Assembly: GCF_006345805.1 (NCBI RefSeq)
Contig: NC_043026.1
Location: 2,604,001-2,668,000, forward strand
DNA length: 64,000 nucleotides
DNA from: Octopus sinensis
Taxonomy: Eukaryota
Direction of reading: 5' to 3'
The notes beneath the pieces were generated by a model. It did not search any database and was not told the origin of the DNA. It worked only from the letters and a program-made list of their open reading frames with translations. The translations under genes were made by a program, and so were the position numbers. How positions within the stretch are numbered: position 1 is the stretch's first letter; the number at the start of each line of letters is the position of its first letter. Shown one piece after another: positions 63,671 through 64,000 of the stretch.

Positions 63671-64000
63671 GAGAGGCGTTGGATGGAACCTACACTCGCC
63701 TCTTATGAGAGCTCAAAAATCTCTCGTGGAAGCGTCATCCAACCAAAAGCAAATATATGGGGAAACTACCACCTGTGTCATCTCTTGTGAAAGGTAGGAG
63801 AGTCCAGTTTGCTGGACATTGTTGTAGAGCTGAAAAAGAAGTAATCTCTACTCTTCTCCTCTGGAAGCCATCTACTCACAATACCAGAGGGCGCACACTC
63901 TCCTACCCTGATGTAATCTCCAGGGATACAGACATCCAGCAACAGGACCTCCGTAATGCCATGATGGACTATGAAGTCTGGTGTAGCATGGTAAATTCCA
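63671..64000 (+). mobile_element. RTE-clade LINE 3' fragment, truncated by window end
   Basis: Near-identical to 22756-23087. Confidence 0.88.

Overview
AT-rich, microsatellite-laden animal DNA, very probably octopus/cephalopod (inferred from the recurrent SINE families, the repeat landscape and the genes). Host content on +: two coding exons of a phosphotriesterase-related (PTER) gene (1-84, 1835-2052; no terminal exon seen), a candidate orphan exon (5126-5308), and the first coding exon of a TARP/CACNG (stargazin-like) gene (48334-48526). Nearly all other ORFs in the track are microsatellite or SINE read-throughs. Repeats: many tRNA-derived SINEs, RTE-clade LINE 3' fragments, a decayed hAT-like transposase, small MITEs, a 100-N gap, and a ~20 kb array of a 70-bp satellite with higher-order structure. 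The most striking signal is a system of Penelope-like element (PLE) derivatives. There is one long but defective PLE (RT + GIY-YIG) bounded by 132-bp inverted repeats, plus about ten short elements of different families, mostly fold-back palindromes next to (TA)n. These carry type-I hammerhead ribozyme folds (C[U/C]GANGA-stem II-GAAAC-palindromic loop-GUH), and a non-canonical CCGANGA core recurs across families. Folds were parsed by eye; ribozyme activity is untested.
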